Shown: piece by piece, positions 12,738 through 24,475 of the stretch | Position numbering within the stretch: the stretch's first letter is position 1 | How the letters are laid out: each line of letters opens with the position of its first letter | NCBI GenBank assembly: GCA_964252035.1 | Contig: OZ176200.1 | Length of the DNA stretch: 64,000 nt | Strand: one strand, 5' to 3' | Source of the DNA: Podarcis erhardii | Taxonomy: Eukaryota | Position numbers and translations under genes: made by a program | The notes under the pieces: generated by a model | The model's input: only the letters and a program-made list of their open reading frames with translations | Told to the model about the DNA's origin: nothing | Database searches by the model: none

Positions 12738-12866
12738 GTATCTGAAGAAGTGTGCATGCACACGAAAGCTCATACCAAGAACTGACTTAGTTGGTCTTTA
12801 AGGTGCTACTGGAAGGAATTTGTTTTGTTTTGACTATGGCAGACCAACACGGCTACCTATCTGTAA
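12738..12866. mobile_element. Penelope-like element terminal (pseudo-LTR) fragment
   Basis: gtatctgaagaagtgtgcatgcacacgaaagctcatacc...ggtgctactggaagg...gactatggcagaccaacacggctacc is almost identical to both arms at 45803-46036. Assignment to Penelope is from recollection of squamate repeats. Confidence 0.7.
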
Positions 12867-14329
12867 CTGGAACTACTTCCAAGTAATCACTGTAACCCAG
12901 ACGCTGCTGCAAAATACATATGGAATGCTTACATTAATAATATTCCACATTCAGTTAAAAACAGAGAAGACAGATCCATGTGTGCACACATTGCTTCCAC
13001 CTTAAGAAAGGTCACAGACAATGTACTTCATATATGGCACTATACTTAGATTTCAATAAGGAAAAATTAGAAGGGATGGCAGTCAGGGGGAAAAGAAGCA
13101 GAAAGAGGCAAAGTTAGGTGAGACAGCCCCTTGCGTAACTGGGATACCCAAGCAGCCCCAGCTATACAATATGGATAGAAAGCTAGTCAACACTACATTC
13201 CAGTATTTACCTATTACCCCTTTTTTGAACCAGACATAGGGCTAGCCCAACAACAGAGACAAATATGATAACTACATGAGGTGCCAGGTACATGACTCAG
13301 CCCTGCAAATGTACTGGGTGGAGAACTGTTGTCTGCATTTTAGGAAGAAGTGCACATAAGCAGCTTTAGCAGCTTGTAACTGCATGAATCCAATTAAAGG
13401 ATGGAGGGAATGGGAAGAGGAAGTTGCCTTATTTCTAAGTAAGGATTGCACAGGTAGGCTGCAATTCTATATATATTTAGCTGGGTGTAAGCCCCACTGA
13501 ACTTAGAAGTAGACAAACATAGGATTGTGCTACTGAGGTACTGTTGTTTCACTGCTGTGGGCCGAATATATGAGAGGGGACACAATTATAAATTGCCCAA
13601 TACAGCAAAACACATTGGGCCAGCTCTGATAAGACAGACTTTGGAAAGCTGGCAAAAGAGGACTTTGGCTTTTTCGCTTGTGAGTCCTTTCAGCAAATCA
13701 GCAACTTTATGTACTCTCACTGTTTCCTCATATCCACCTAGGTGCTATTTTGTCCACAGGATTCCTTTACCCACAAGAGGAGTGCCCCACTCCTATAACT
13801 GTGGAAGGAGCAGGGAGTATAAGCAGGGAGGTGCTGCATTTCATTGGTTGACCTTCACAGTTATTTTATTTCAATCTCACCCCACAAGGGGATCAGGGGT
13901 GGAAGAGGAATGATTTAAACCTACACTCCCCTTCTGCCCACTCTCAATGTAAAATCCTGGGACCAAAACAGAACCTAAACCATTTGAGCGCCTGTGCTTC
14001 TAGGCTAAGAAACTAGCCACAGAACTTCAGGATTCATTTTTACCACTTTCCCACAAGTTGGCTACAATCAGCTGCATGACACAAAAACAACAATTATTAT
14101 TTGCTTTGCAAAGAAGCTACTTGGTGGATTACAACCAAAGGAATCAGAAGATCTTTAATGACTTTAACTAGTGCTTTTTTCTAGAAAAAGAGGTGCAGGA
14201 ACTCCCACTTTTTTTATGGACAACCTTAAGTTGTTGAGCTTATTTTAGGGTGGTGCAATGTGGTGGTGCAAGCCACAAAAAAGAATCATTTATAGCTTGC
14301 GTTATAGTAACTGGCTAGAGGAGTTATTT

Positions 14330-15685
14330 TGGACCAGTTATTTGGAGGTAACTGATTCCCACTGTGGAGGAAGGAACATTTGAGGACTCACTGTGATCAA
14401 CTGGCTACACATTTTAAGAATAAAGTCACTCAACTTCAGAATGACCTTGACTCTAAAGTTGTTGCAGCTGCAGATGAAGTACCCAATGCTAGAGTCAGTG
14501 ATGTGTTGTGGGATCAATTTCAGCTTATAAAGTCAGTTGAAGTGGGCAAGGTGCTAGTGGCTATATGCCTGACCACAGGCCGTCTTGACTCCAATCCTCT
14601 TGGTTTATTAAATCTAACAAAGGGGGTTGACTGGTTGAGTTCAGAGTGTGGTCACTCTGTGAGGGGGTGGTCCCTGCTGCCTTGAAAGAGGTAGCATTGG
14701 GAGAGGGCTTTTTAGCCTCCTGACAGTTATGCTGTGGGATGCCACAGGGCACTACTTTATTCTCAGTGCTATTTAATATCTATATGAAGTGGGAACGGTC
14801 AGTAGGGGTGTGGGGGCAAAGTGCCATCAGTGTGCCAATGCCACAAAACTCTATTTCTCTATAACATCTAACTCAAGAGATATCAAGCAGGCCCTGGACC
14901 AATGCCTGGATGCAATGGTGAGAAGGATGAGGGAAAATAAGCTGAGCTTGAAACCTGGCAAGATGGAGGCACTGTGGGTGAGTAGTCCCTGTGTCCAAGA
15001 ATTGGTCAGTTGTCTTCCCTGAATAGACAATTGCATTCCCCTTGAAGGAACAATTACTCAGTCTGGAGGTGCTTCCAGATCCAGTTTTGTCACTTGAGGT
15101 TCAGGTAGCCTCAGTGGCTAGAAGTGCCTTTTACCAGCTGTGTGCCTTATGACTGTTACTGGGCAAGGACAGCTTGACAACAATAATTCAAGACTGTATT
15201 ACTGAAATGCATGCTATGTAAGGCTTCCCTTGCACTTGACTTGGAAGCTGCAGTCAGTGCAGAATACGGTAGCACAGTTGCTGACAGGAGTGAGCATAAA
15301 ACACCTCTGGGCCCAGTTCAATGTGGGACTGCCTCACCCCATATGTGCACACTTGACAGCTTTTATTTGTGAAACTGGCACTGTTACACGTATAATACTT
15401 GTTCCACGGTTATAAGAAATTGAACTTTTAGTGTGGCAGAACATACACTTTGGAACTTCCTGCCTGTTGACATCAGGCAGGTGCCTTTGCTGTACTCTTT
15501 TCAGCACCTACTTAAAACATGTTTGTTTAGGCAAGCTTATCCAAAATACTGTATTATCCAGTATTTTAATTTCTTTTAATTTCAATTACCTTTAAATGTT
15601 TTCATTTATAATTTTAATACTTACTGTAAACCACTTAGAAGTTTTACTGCAATCAAGCAGTATATAAATTTTGTTAAATAAAAAT
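14330..15685 (+). mobile_element. 5'-truncated L2-clade LINE (decayed reverse transcriptase and 3' tail)
   Basis: Translated pieces HCDQLATHFKNKVTQLQNDLDS and CGMPQGTTLFSVLFNIYMK (RT motif), a decayed YADD (CANA-TKLYFS), and an L2-type 3' end aatcaagcagtatataaattttgttaaataaa; frameshifts and stops throughout. Confidence 0.85.
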
Positions 15686-18600
15686 AGTAAGCTCCTTTAA
15701 AATCTTAGGGAATGCTCGGATCAGAAGTTGCCAAACTCCTGCTTCACCTTTAGCCTGGCAGAAAGATTTCAAAGCACTGCACACATTATAAGTTCCAAAT
15801 AAATTACAAGCAGAGTTGTACGTACATTTGCAGCATGGTTTCGTAAATAATATTTTTTCTAACTCAATTCCCCTTCACTCTTTGACACTGTCTGCCACGT
15901 ACAGTCATTCAACATATCCTCTCACACATCCTTTAGCTACCCCTCTCATACGTAACCTCACACATACTCCTAAAAGTTGGCCAACATCTTAATAATGCTG
16001 CCTGCTCTCTTTTTAGCTGAACCTACTCCCACCAATACATACAGGCGCATCTGTCTGTAGGACTTATGTGCAAACACAATGATTTTTAGAAAAAAGCAAC
16101 ACAACACTTGAGCAGTTGGATTGTTAATAAACACTTCACAGCACCTCAGCAACTGAGCCAATAACTAGGAAGGCCTCACTTCAGTCAGCTGAACTCAGAG
16201 ATCTTACAGTCAATTGCTATGAAGTTGCATAGGTTGGTGAATAAATTGTAGTTATGATAATATGGAGGTTTCAAAGCCACTACATTTAAAGCATTGTAGA
16301 AGTGTGTAAAAACATTTACTGGGACTCGTGGAAACAGGGATGTGGGAAACCTCAGTGGGAAATTTTGCTAGCTTTGTAATTCCTGCTATGGGGGGTGATT
16401 CACATTTATGTTTTGCTCTAGGCAAAACTCAGTAAGGTCTTTGTGAAAAACTCCAAACTGATACTCAATTTTTGCTTCAGGTGAAGTTCAGTGGTAATAC
16501 TACCAGTTCTTGAAAAGATATGGAGCCCCTGTATTTTACAAGTCCTGCCCCCTGACCCCCTAGTTGTAGTTAAGTCATGGGCCCCCAGCAGTCTTCCAGA
16601 AAGAGTAGCTAAAGAAGCCCTCTCTCCCCAATTTGAGTATTCAGAAATATTTGTTTCAAACCTTACTGTGAAGCACTTATTGTCCTAATTATTAGAGAGA
16701 GAAGGATAACAGGAATTAAGAAAAAATAGGCCTGCATTTGAATAAGTATGCTTATTCATTAATGTCACTGAGTACAGTATATTTATTTTCTAATAGAGAA
16801 AGTAACAATGTTAGCAAGGTTTTAAGGCATTCTGGAATTATAACTGCCTGACCAATACAGACCCAACACTATAGTTTCAAACACTAAAATATTACAGAGA
16901 TCAAAACCTTAGATTTTTTTTAGTTAACAGTTGCAGTGAGTACAAACCCATTCTTAAGTCCCCAACACATTTTGAACAAAGTTTTCTTTAAAAGACTGTA
17001 AGGAGGAACCAATATATTGATTATTAGGACTAGTGTTGAATCAATGAACGGAGCATGCTAATTTGTACAATAACTCTATCAAATCTGAACATAAGAAGCT
17101 ACTACTCTTTTCCTATCAGTTTTAAAAATACAGTAGTAATACAAAATGATAACAAAGAGAGGCCAAAGCCTGAGGGACTCCATTCTCTTCCCATGAAATG
17201 CAATGGCAAATAAAAATAAATCATTCAAAGTGAGGCTCTGAATGGGCAGTAGGACTTAACTATGATTGCAGCTATAAGGGGGGTCTCTATGACTGAGGGC
17301 TCAGGCTGGCAGGACATTGTAGGAAATGGTCATTGGCGCTGCTCATGAGCTAAGCTTTCCGTCTCTAGGGCTATCAATCTGGCAACTTTCACAGGCACTA
17401 AAAATCACACACACAAAAATTAAGCGAAAGATATAGGAAAATATTGCAGTGTCAAGACATTTAAAGTAGAGTTTGGAACTGAACTTCTGTGATGTTTCCT
17501 GCAGCTTGCGTGAACACTTTTTTCCATTCAATACATTAAAGGGCTATGATCAAGGCTAGAAGACCTAAAATTAGACCTGCCAGCTGTGTTTTGGTTAGTG
17601 AATATTCACAGGCCCTGCTATCCCTGTGGCCAGCCTGTCTTGTCCTTTCGAGTAAACAGAATGCTGATTTGTCTAATCGATTTCATTATCCTATTGGCTA
17701 AAAAATAATAATCTGGAGATCAAAAGACACAGAGAAGGCCATATCTAGGCAAATATCTGTCAAAGCAAACCAATTGTCTACCATGTATTTAGAATTGTAT
17801 CTATTTTACAGATCTTTCTTGGAGTGGTGGCCAGAATGAATGTATTCAAAGTTTAAGAAATTAAGATAAATTACTTAAAATTAAAGTTCTTTATTGCAGA
17901 AATGTACAGTGAGAAAATGCATAATAAACTTGTTACTAATAAGTTGCAGATAAATCTTAGGACTATTAAATTTCTAATCAGTGGTTGCCTGAAACCATTT
18001 TTTTGTTTTGTTTTATGAAACAGCTTCTAGCTACATAATCCACAGGTATTAATGCCCTTTACATGTGTAAATATATAATTGAGCTAAGGATCTCCAAAAT
18101 TAGATGACCCAAAGTAGAGGCAACATTGGACAGCTTGATTATTTAAAATTACCAGATGAGTTCTGTTCTTTCTAAATATCTAACAATCATCAAAATGAGT
18201 CAGTCAGATTCATGTGTGAGTGTTATTGCCCTGTAATTACAGGTTGCAAGGGGGGATTGGCAACCTTCAAAATAATTGGAAACATATGTATCAATGCTTA
18301 ATAAAAGGCTAGGCTGTGCAAAAAAACAAGTGTAACAAGAAGAGAACAGATTCATATCACTACAATATACGCTCAAATGTTTGTTTTTAAAATATCTTAG
18401 ATTATTCCTTTACACATAAAAACATACACATATACAAAGTATTTGGTAAGATGACAGCTACATCAGAATCTCTGCACGGTGCTTCCTTCCACATTTTCCC
18501 TAAAAGGGTAGAATCTACCTGTAAGTAGGTAATGGTCCATGATTAAAAAGAATTAATGGAAGCTAAAATATATTGCATCTCATACAAATCATTGTCCCGT

Positions 18601-19719
18601 CATGTCCAGTCTATAAAATAAACGCTCCTGACTCTCTCAAAAGCTCATCTCAGAAACTTTACACCACTTTTCCACTTTAACCTTCCAGCAGATCCCTGAA
18701 ACACACTACTTGAGTTGCTACTATCAATGCATTTAACACAATCGATGCTTCCTTGTGATTAAGGCTGCCTACAAAAACCTTTAAGGTATGAGCACCACCA
18801 GATGTCCAGGATGAATTATAGTCTTAAGACTAAATTTATGTTAGCTCTGAGGAGATACGATAAGCTTTCTCCACATAGCTGTCCAGTCACCACTTCCTCC
18901 TCATGCGGTCCAGCTCTGGTAGGCTTCAGGCACTGGCTCTCTGATAGGAAGCTGTAACTGCCGTGAGGTCCAGGGTCCTGCAAAAGCCACAGGAACTCTT
19001 GTGGTACTTATATTTTTTGTGCAGTCATAATGGCCAGGGTTGTCTGTGGGAACCCTAACAGTTATTTGACTTAAAGTAGTAAATGTGACAGACCTGCTGT
19101 CCACATTTAAAAGCCTTCACAGGACGTAATACTATGCTGCTTTATCCAAGGGAATTTGGAGAATTGGAGTATTGGAGTACTGGAGAATTTTGGGAAGAGC
19201 TTATGGTGGGCAAGCATATATTTGAAATGAAACTTGAATAGAAAGGGGGAAACTGCCTTTTCCGCTTGTAGTAGGAGGTATAAGCTGGTGAATTGAGCTA
19301 GGCTTGGAGAAGAAGGGTACTTAGCCCTGCTATGGGATACAAATTCAGAAATGGTTCAGGGGAAAAACAATAATCTAATACAGTGTTAAACAGACAGGTC
19401 TCTGGTTTATTCTTTTAGGGGGCTACAGCAGAGGTAGGGAAGGATTAAGAATGGAAAGGAGTACTAATTGTCTTTCATTTCACAACAAATCACAGAGCAA
19501 TATATTCTCAGGGAGTATTAGCCAGGTTTAACTCTACAGCTTCCACAGTGATAGTTCTGAAAATTGTTACTGCAAGAGGTTGGGGAGAAAGAGTGGATTG
19601 TGAAGGGCTAGAGACAGTCAGTTAAGGGTGTGATAGGCAGAATGAGATTTGGCAGGAAAGAGAGGAAGTCCAGCACAGAGATTGGCAGGAAGCAAGTCAT
19701 CACAGAGGTCAAAGCTTTC

Positions 19720-20110
19720 ACTATGCCCATTCCCCAGCTCCATAAATCTGCCTTCAAGCTTTGTAACTAACCCACCTCAAGTACTCAGAAAGCAAATCTT
19801 GCCTTGGTCCTCATCACTCCATAACATAGGTGTCCAGTCTTTGCTTTTCACTGCCTCTCCCTTGCCTGCCTCTTCCATGTCATTTACATAGCAACCACTG
19901 GGGCTTGGACACACTGCTTATGCTTAACAATGGGATCAAGGTTATCAGAATCTCCACTCCTACACAATTACTTTGAGATGTATTTTTGCACCCTTACTTC
20001 GGCACCCCTTGTCTTCCCTTAGCTTCCCTATGTTCCAAGATATCCTGAACAATTAATTTTAATTGTTGTAACCTACCCTGGGACCTTAGGGTGAAGGGTG
20101 AGTCAATAAC
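19720..20110 (+). mobile_element. Old L2 3'-end relic
   Basis: Degenerate L2 3' sequence ending in ttgtaacctaccctgggaccttagggtgaagggtgagtcaataac followed by a simple-repeat tail. Confidence 0.5.
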
Positions 20111-20161
20111 AACAACAGCAGCAGCAGCAGCAACACCACAGCAATAACACAAACTATTACA

Positions 20162-20194
<33 letters not shown>
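20105..20194. repeat. Compound (CAA/CAG) and (CA)n microsatellite
   Basis: aacaacaacagcagcagcagcag... followed by a (CA)n tract at 20166-20194. Confidence 0.9.
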
Positions 20195-20196
<2 letters not shown>

Positions 20197-20764
20197 GTAA
20201 AGAAACAGTGGCAAAATGATGCATACTTATTTGTCACAAAATATGTCAACTTGCCAGCTATATCATGTAATAAGAGTATTTTTATTATTTATTGATGATG
20301 ATGATGATTTTGACACAGCTGTGTGTGTTTCTGCTATTGGTACCATCACATGCTGTTTATCTGCGTAAACAAATTTGCCATATGAGTAGTGTAGACAAAT
20401 AAATATTCAATATGTAATAAAGTCATATGTGATATTTTTAAATCATATGTGAATGTTCTCTCTCCTATTATACTTAAGATGGATGGCTACCCACACACAA
20501 ACATGAAGACAAACAATTCAGCTCCCTATTTCTAAATGTATTTATATATGAATGTTTGAGTGCATGTGTATATGTGTGCTCACAAGCTCCCATGTGTTCC
20601 AGAGCTTTCCTTTTACTGTTTTTCCTGAACCTCTACATGAGTAATATCCAACATCATGGACCTTGAACACTGATGATTCTGGCTAACGCTTTTATCCTTT
20701 GCTTGAAATTATAGGATCAGTCTAGCCAGAATTTATGAGAACCAGACCCTAGACCTCACATAGC

Positions 20765-20920
20765 NNNNNNNNNNNNNNNNNNNNNNNNNNNNNNNNNNNN
20801 NNNNNNNNNNNNNNNNNNNNNNNNNNNNNNNNNNNNNNNNNNNNNNNNNNNNNNNNNNNNNNNNNNNNNNNNNNNNNNNNNNNNNNNNNNNNNNNNNNNN
20901 NNNNNNNNNNNNNNNNNNNN
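20765..20920. other. Assembly gap (156 N)
   Basis: Run of N. Confidence 1.
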
Positions 20921-21499
20921 TACAGAAATCTCATTGCTTCACAATGATGCAACTAATATCTCTCTTGTCCATGCTGAGATGGGGTTGTAAAGAAAATCAA
21001 CACTGAAATTTCAGGAAATTAGCTGATGGGTTATTTGCTGTTCATACTTATAGATTACTTAATTAAATATTCATGCTTCTTTATGGGTGTCTGGGTACAT
21101 TTGTGCACCCTTTTAGTTTTATATGCACACATACAAATAACGAAAGTGTAATTTAGCTTTTCTAAAAGCTAAATTATATGATATTATAACAGCATATGAT
21201 ATTAATTGCTGTTGCACTGTAAATAAGTGGGAAAATACCCTTGACCCTAAAACAATTTAAAATATTTATTGATACCTTGTGATGTGGAAGAAAATGGAAT
21301 ATCTACTCTAAATGGCATTTAGCCTCTCATTGTCACTTCTTAGCAGTGTTTCTAGCCAATAAGCCCACTTTGTTTGAAGTAGCCAGACCCATCTTTTACT
21401 AACTCTACTTTGGTTGGTTAGAAGGTTGCAACTTTTTATTTCAGATTCAGACATAATAACAGTTATTCCGCTCTTCATGCCCTCAAAGCTACTACTATG

Positions 21500-21600
21500 C
21501 ATGATGTTGTTAGCATCCGTCTGTCTCAAGAGACAATGGAAGAGTGCCCCATCAGGGATAAAGTCAAACCACTGGAGAGTTACAGCGCCTCCATCTACCA
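21500..21600 (-). mobile_element. RTE-clade LINE 3' terminal fragment
   Basis: Minus strand gctgtaactctccagtggtttgactttatccctgatggggcactcttccattgtctcttgagacagacggatgctaacaac matches the tail at 52320-52405. Confidence 0.8.
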
Positions 21601-21649
21601 CTTTCATTATTTCAAACTACAGGTTTTGAAAAATTCCTTCATTGTTTCT

Positions 21650-21775
21650 CTGTGGCACAATGAGTCAGCGTGTCTGGCTGTTAACCAGGGATGGTTGTGG
21701 CCTGGATTCCTATATTCCAGGGGGTTGATGACCCTCAGGATGCCTTCGAACTCTATGATTCATTGCTTTGGGCTC
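21650..21775 (-). mobile_element. CR1-tail or SINE fragment
   Basis: On the opposite strand it reads gaatcatagagttcgaaggcatcctgagggtcatcaaccccctgg, the same motif family as 163-295. Confidence 0.6.
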
Positions 21776-24330
21776 CATTAAAACCAAATGATTTATTATG
21801 TAAAAAATGCATTTTTAACTAAGAATTTGAAGTGGCTGTTAGAAATGGTATCTTTAAAAAATATGCTGTTATACTTAGCCCAAACTAAAGAGCAAACAAC
21901 GAACGGTGAGATCCAGGTAAAAGTAAGAATTTCTAAATTTCATTGATTTCAGGGGGAGAAAATTAAGCATGTAACCCAGCTTAAATGTGGCTGGATCATG
22001 CCCTAATGGAACATATATATCTTAGGCAGATATTTTCAGTACAGGTGTTCAGAATGCTCTCTGATTTACAAAAAACAAGCACAATGATTTTTAGTTACTA
22101 TGTGCTGTATAGCTAGGGATCTGATTAATTTTAAGTTCACATAATATATATATTTCACTAGCCACACTTTAGAAACTTACAGATATATGTTTAAAGTACC
22201 ATGTGCCATGATCCTGCAATGCGATGAGTGTCTGTTGCTACTTACTCATCTGAGGAATCTGAGAACAGGCAGCGCCTCACAGGATGCACTTCACACCATA
22301 CAGAATTGGACACTTGTTCTAACTAAAACAAACAGTGTACAAAAGGTCATCAATCCCAGTGACTAAAACAGTTTTGATGGAGACCAGTCTTTGACCTTGT
22401 TGACATGTGTCTCTATTCTTTTCAGCAGCCCTTGGTGTCCACATCAGAGGAATGCAAAACAATCATCCGCTGAGGTGGCCATAGGTCTCTTTGTGCAATA
22501 TATAGAACACACACTATTTAATGCACAGTAAGGCAGCTATTTTTTGCACTCTATGTAGGAGTAACTAGCTGATTTAACCAAGTTATCAGCTACATACTTT
22601 GACATGTCAACAGTGTATATGAATAGTGTCTATAGTGCCAGTATGCATGCCCCTGAAGAATTATTCTGGCTTGAGGATCAAATGAATGCCTTTTACCCTT
22701 CTTTAACTCAGGCCTTTGTGCCTCCTGCCAGGTCTCCCAGGGCTAAAAGATGTTCCCATTTCAACTCACCAACCCTTGGGTTGTATCTAAGAAAATTATA
22801 GTCAGAGCAGACCCACTGAGATTAATGGGCCTAAAGTTATTCATACCCATTATTTTCAATGGGTCTACTATGAGTACCATTAATAAGGCTATAGCCCCAT
22901 CTTCGTTATTTCCTCTCTTAAGTCCTTCCTCAAAACCAAATTTAAATAATGCCCTTGACTGCCCTTATGCCACCTTTCAGGGACTCCCTCTTTTTATTTA
23001 TTTTATGAGATTTTTATCCAACCCTTCAGTCTGTCTGGGTTTGTACTGTTTTACATTATCATGGCCTCATCATCTCCCTTTATTGGTGTCTCATCTTAAC
23101 AAAATTAAATCCTCTAGCCAACAAGGGTTTTTTGTTCTGTATAACACCTAACATTCTGTTACCACTGAATAAATGTTTAATAACAGTAATTCTAAATAAA
23201 ACTGTGAGGTAAACCTCTTCCCTCCATAAAAATTGTCCAAAACGGTTTCTTCCTGTAAATCCAAAAAAGGGTTTATTCATTTGTATTTTTATACTTTGCT
23301 CAACAGGAAAAGTAAGTCACAACTGGAAACTTTACCTCATAAACTAGCCATTATCATTAGCCATTGAAAAGATAAAATCACTTGATTTGGTTGTGAACCA
23401 CATATTAGGTTTAAAGACACTCCAATGATACTGGGAGATGACAACTTGGTATGGATTAGGAAAACAGAATTTATAAAAGAATGACGGTTTAATTTGCAGT
23501 TACAGCAACCTTGGCATTCCATGCCAGCTGACATGGACACTGATCTTAGGTTAAGGAAGAAAATGAAAATTTGCGTACTTGGGCTGAATAATTTTTTCCC
23601 TCTCCTTTTCTTCTCTTTGAAAGATTTAAAGCCTTCTATGTGCAACACTGGCTCAAAACGAAAGACCATACTAGACATGTGGGGTAAATACTTGGCCCAG
23701 ATTCAACTAAACAGTTGGGCTAACAGGAGCCAGAATAACATACCCACTAGTACAATGGAGCTTTCCCCACCTTTTCTCTCCCATATGTTCCACCCTCCCA
23801 AATCAACCCGGGGGTGGGAAGTCAGAAGAATCAGTTTGCCATTTACTTAGAAAATGGGATGGAAGAGTCTACTTCCTACAAAACTGCCTAGGTAGCATTG
23901 CGTATCAGAATGTCCCCCTCAGGGCTCCATACATAGAGGGATCACTGAGGCCATTCTGGTGGCTCAACCCCTGAATCTCAATGTACACACAATGTGCATG
24001 GTCATCTGCATTGTTGAAGTCTGTACAAGTAGAGCTCTACATATGTAGACATCTACACAATCTGGAATCCCAACTGAATGCTTTGAGATAGGTTTTCCTT
24101 ATGCAGACATCCACACACAATGCATCAGCTTTGAGCACTGTATTTCCCTGGAAATATCATGTTGGAGCCAGCAGCCTGGCTCCACTGTTCCTTTCTGTGG
24201 AGGTCCGTTCACATGAATATCATGTGCAAAGAGACTACAGTCAACTTGTTAAACAAGGACAATATAACTTGATGTGACCTTATCATATGCTTGAGCAAAA
24301 TGCAGCCTCGCAGTTTAGGGGGAGTTAGAG

Positions 24331-24475
24331 CAGGGGTAGGCAACCTAAGGCCCGTGGGCCGGATGTGGCCCAATCACATTCTCAATCCAGCCCACGGATG
24401 ATCCGCGAATCAGCATGTTTTTACATGAGTAGAATGTGTCCTTTTATTTAAAATGCATTTCTAGATAAGGTTTGA
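24331..24475. mobile_element. hAT-type MITE fragment
   Basis: Starts with the caggggtaggcaacctaaggcccgtgggccggat terminus; no second TIR recognised. Confidence 0.6.

Noticed and set aside
14380-15415. ORFs of 60-101 aa as host genes
   Set aside because: They are fragments of the decayed L2 reverse transcriptase.
18870-18977. In-frame TGA read-through (TLDLTAVTASYQRASA-TGA-SLPELDRMRRKW) as a selenoprotein exon
   Set aside because: No known selenoprotein motif, and no SECIS element could be identified.
21308-21781. Three overlapping ORFs (99, 71 and 94 aa) that looked like an exon
   Set aside because: The core 21500-21600 matches the RTE LINE 3' tail at 52320-52405 and 21650-21775 is a SINE or CR1 tail; there is no strong donor.
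22750-23850. Cluster of 113-133-aa ORFs
   Set aside because: Low-complexity AT-rich or repeat-derived sequence with no recognisable domains or consistent splice structure.
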